From NCBI GenBank assembly GCA_002633005.1, contig NMRA01000197.1, positions 599,580 to 663,579 of the forward strand: a stretch of 64,000 nucleotides of DNA, in the 5' to 3' direction. Both the position numbers and the translations under genes were made by a program. Each line of letters opens with the position of its first letter. The first letter of the stretch is position 1. Origin of the DNA: Phoronis australis (taxonomy: Eukaryota > Animalia > Phoronida). The notes beneath the pieces are model-generated. The model saw only the letters and a program-made list of their open reading frames with translations. It did no database searches and had not been told where the DNA came from. Positions 63,873 to 64,000 of this stretch are shown here, piece after piece.

Positions 63873-64000
63873 GTATAACTTTATATTTTTCGTAATAGAT
63901 TTTTGACTTTTACTTTAGTCGATATTACATGGGCGGCGCAGCATTTAGTGGGGAGCTATATTCCCTCAGCCCCCTATCAGGTGCGCCGCCTACGCCCGCG

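Overview
Repeat-rich animal genomic DNA from a gapped draft assembly, probably a heterozygous marine invertebrate (inferred from the repeat types and from near-identical duplicates beside N gaps). Three conserved spliced genes could be assembled exon by exon: IFT25/HSPB11 (minus, 4 coding exons, 139 aa), LRRC42 (plus, 5 coding exons, about 386 aa, head-to-head with IFT25 as in human) and ZRANB2 (minus, 9 coding exons, 285 aa). A partial vertnin/OTU-like ORF lies at the right edge. The first 33 kb has no intact gene. It holds a decayed env-carrying Gypsy-type LTR element (12227-16835) with an extra ORF after env that has its own splice acceptor, a foldback transposon inside its LTR, two diverged Gly-rich pseudogene-like paralogs, LINE relics, MITEs and satellites. 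The best leads are the post-env accessory ORF, several candidate NMD/poison splice events in ZRANB2 built on its own AGGUAA binding motif, a 152-bp tRNA-derived solo LTR, and a structured RNA-like element in ZRANB2 intron 1. All homology calls come from reading translations by eye, not from database searches.
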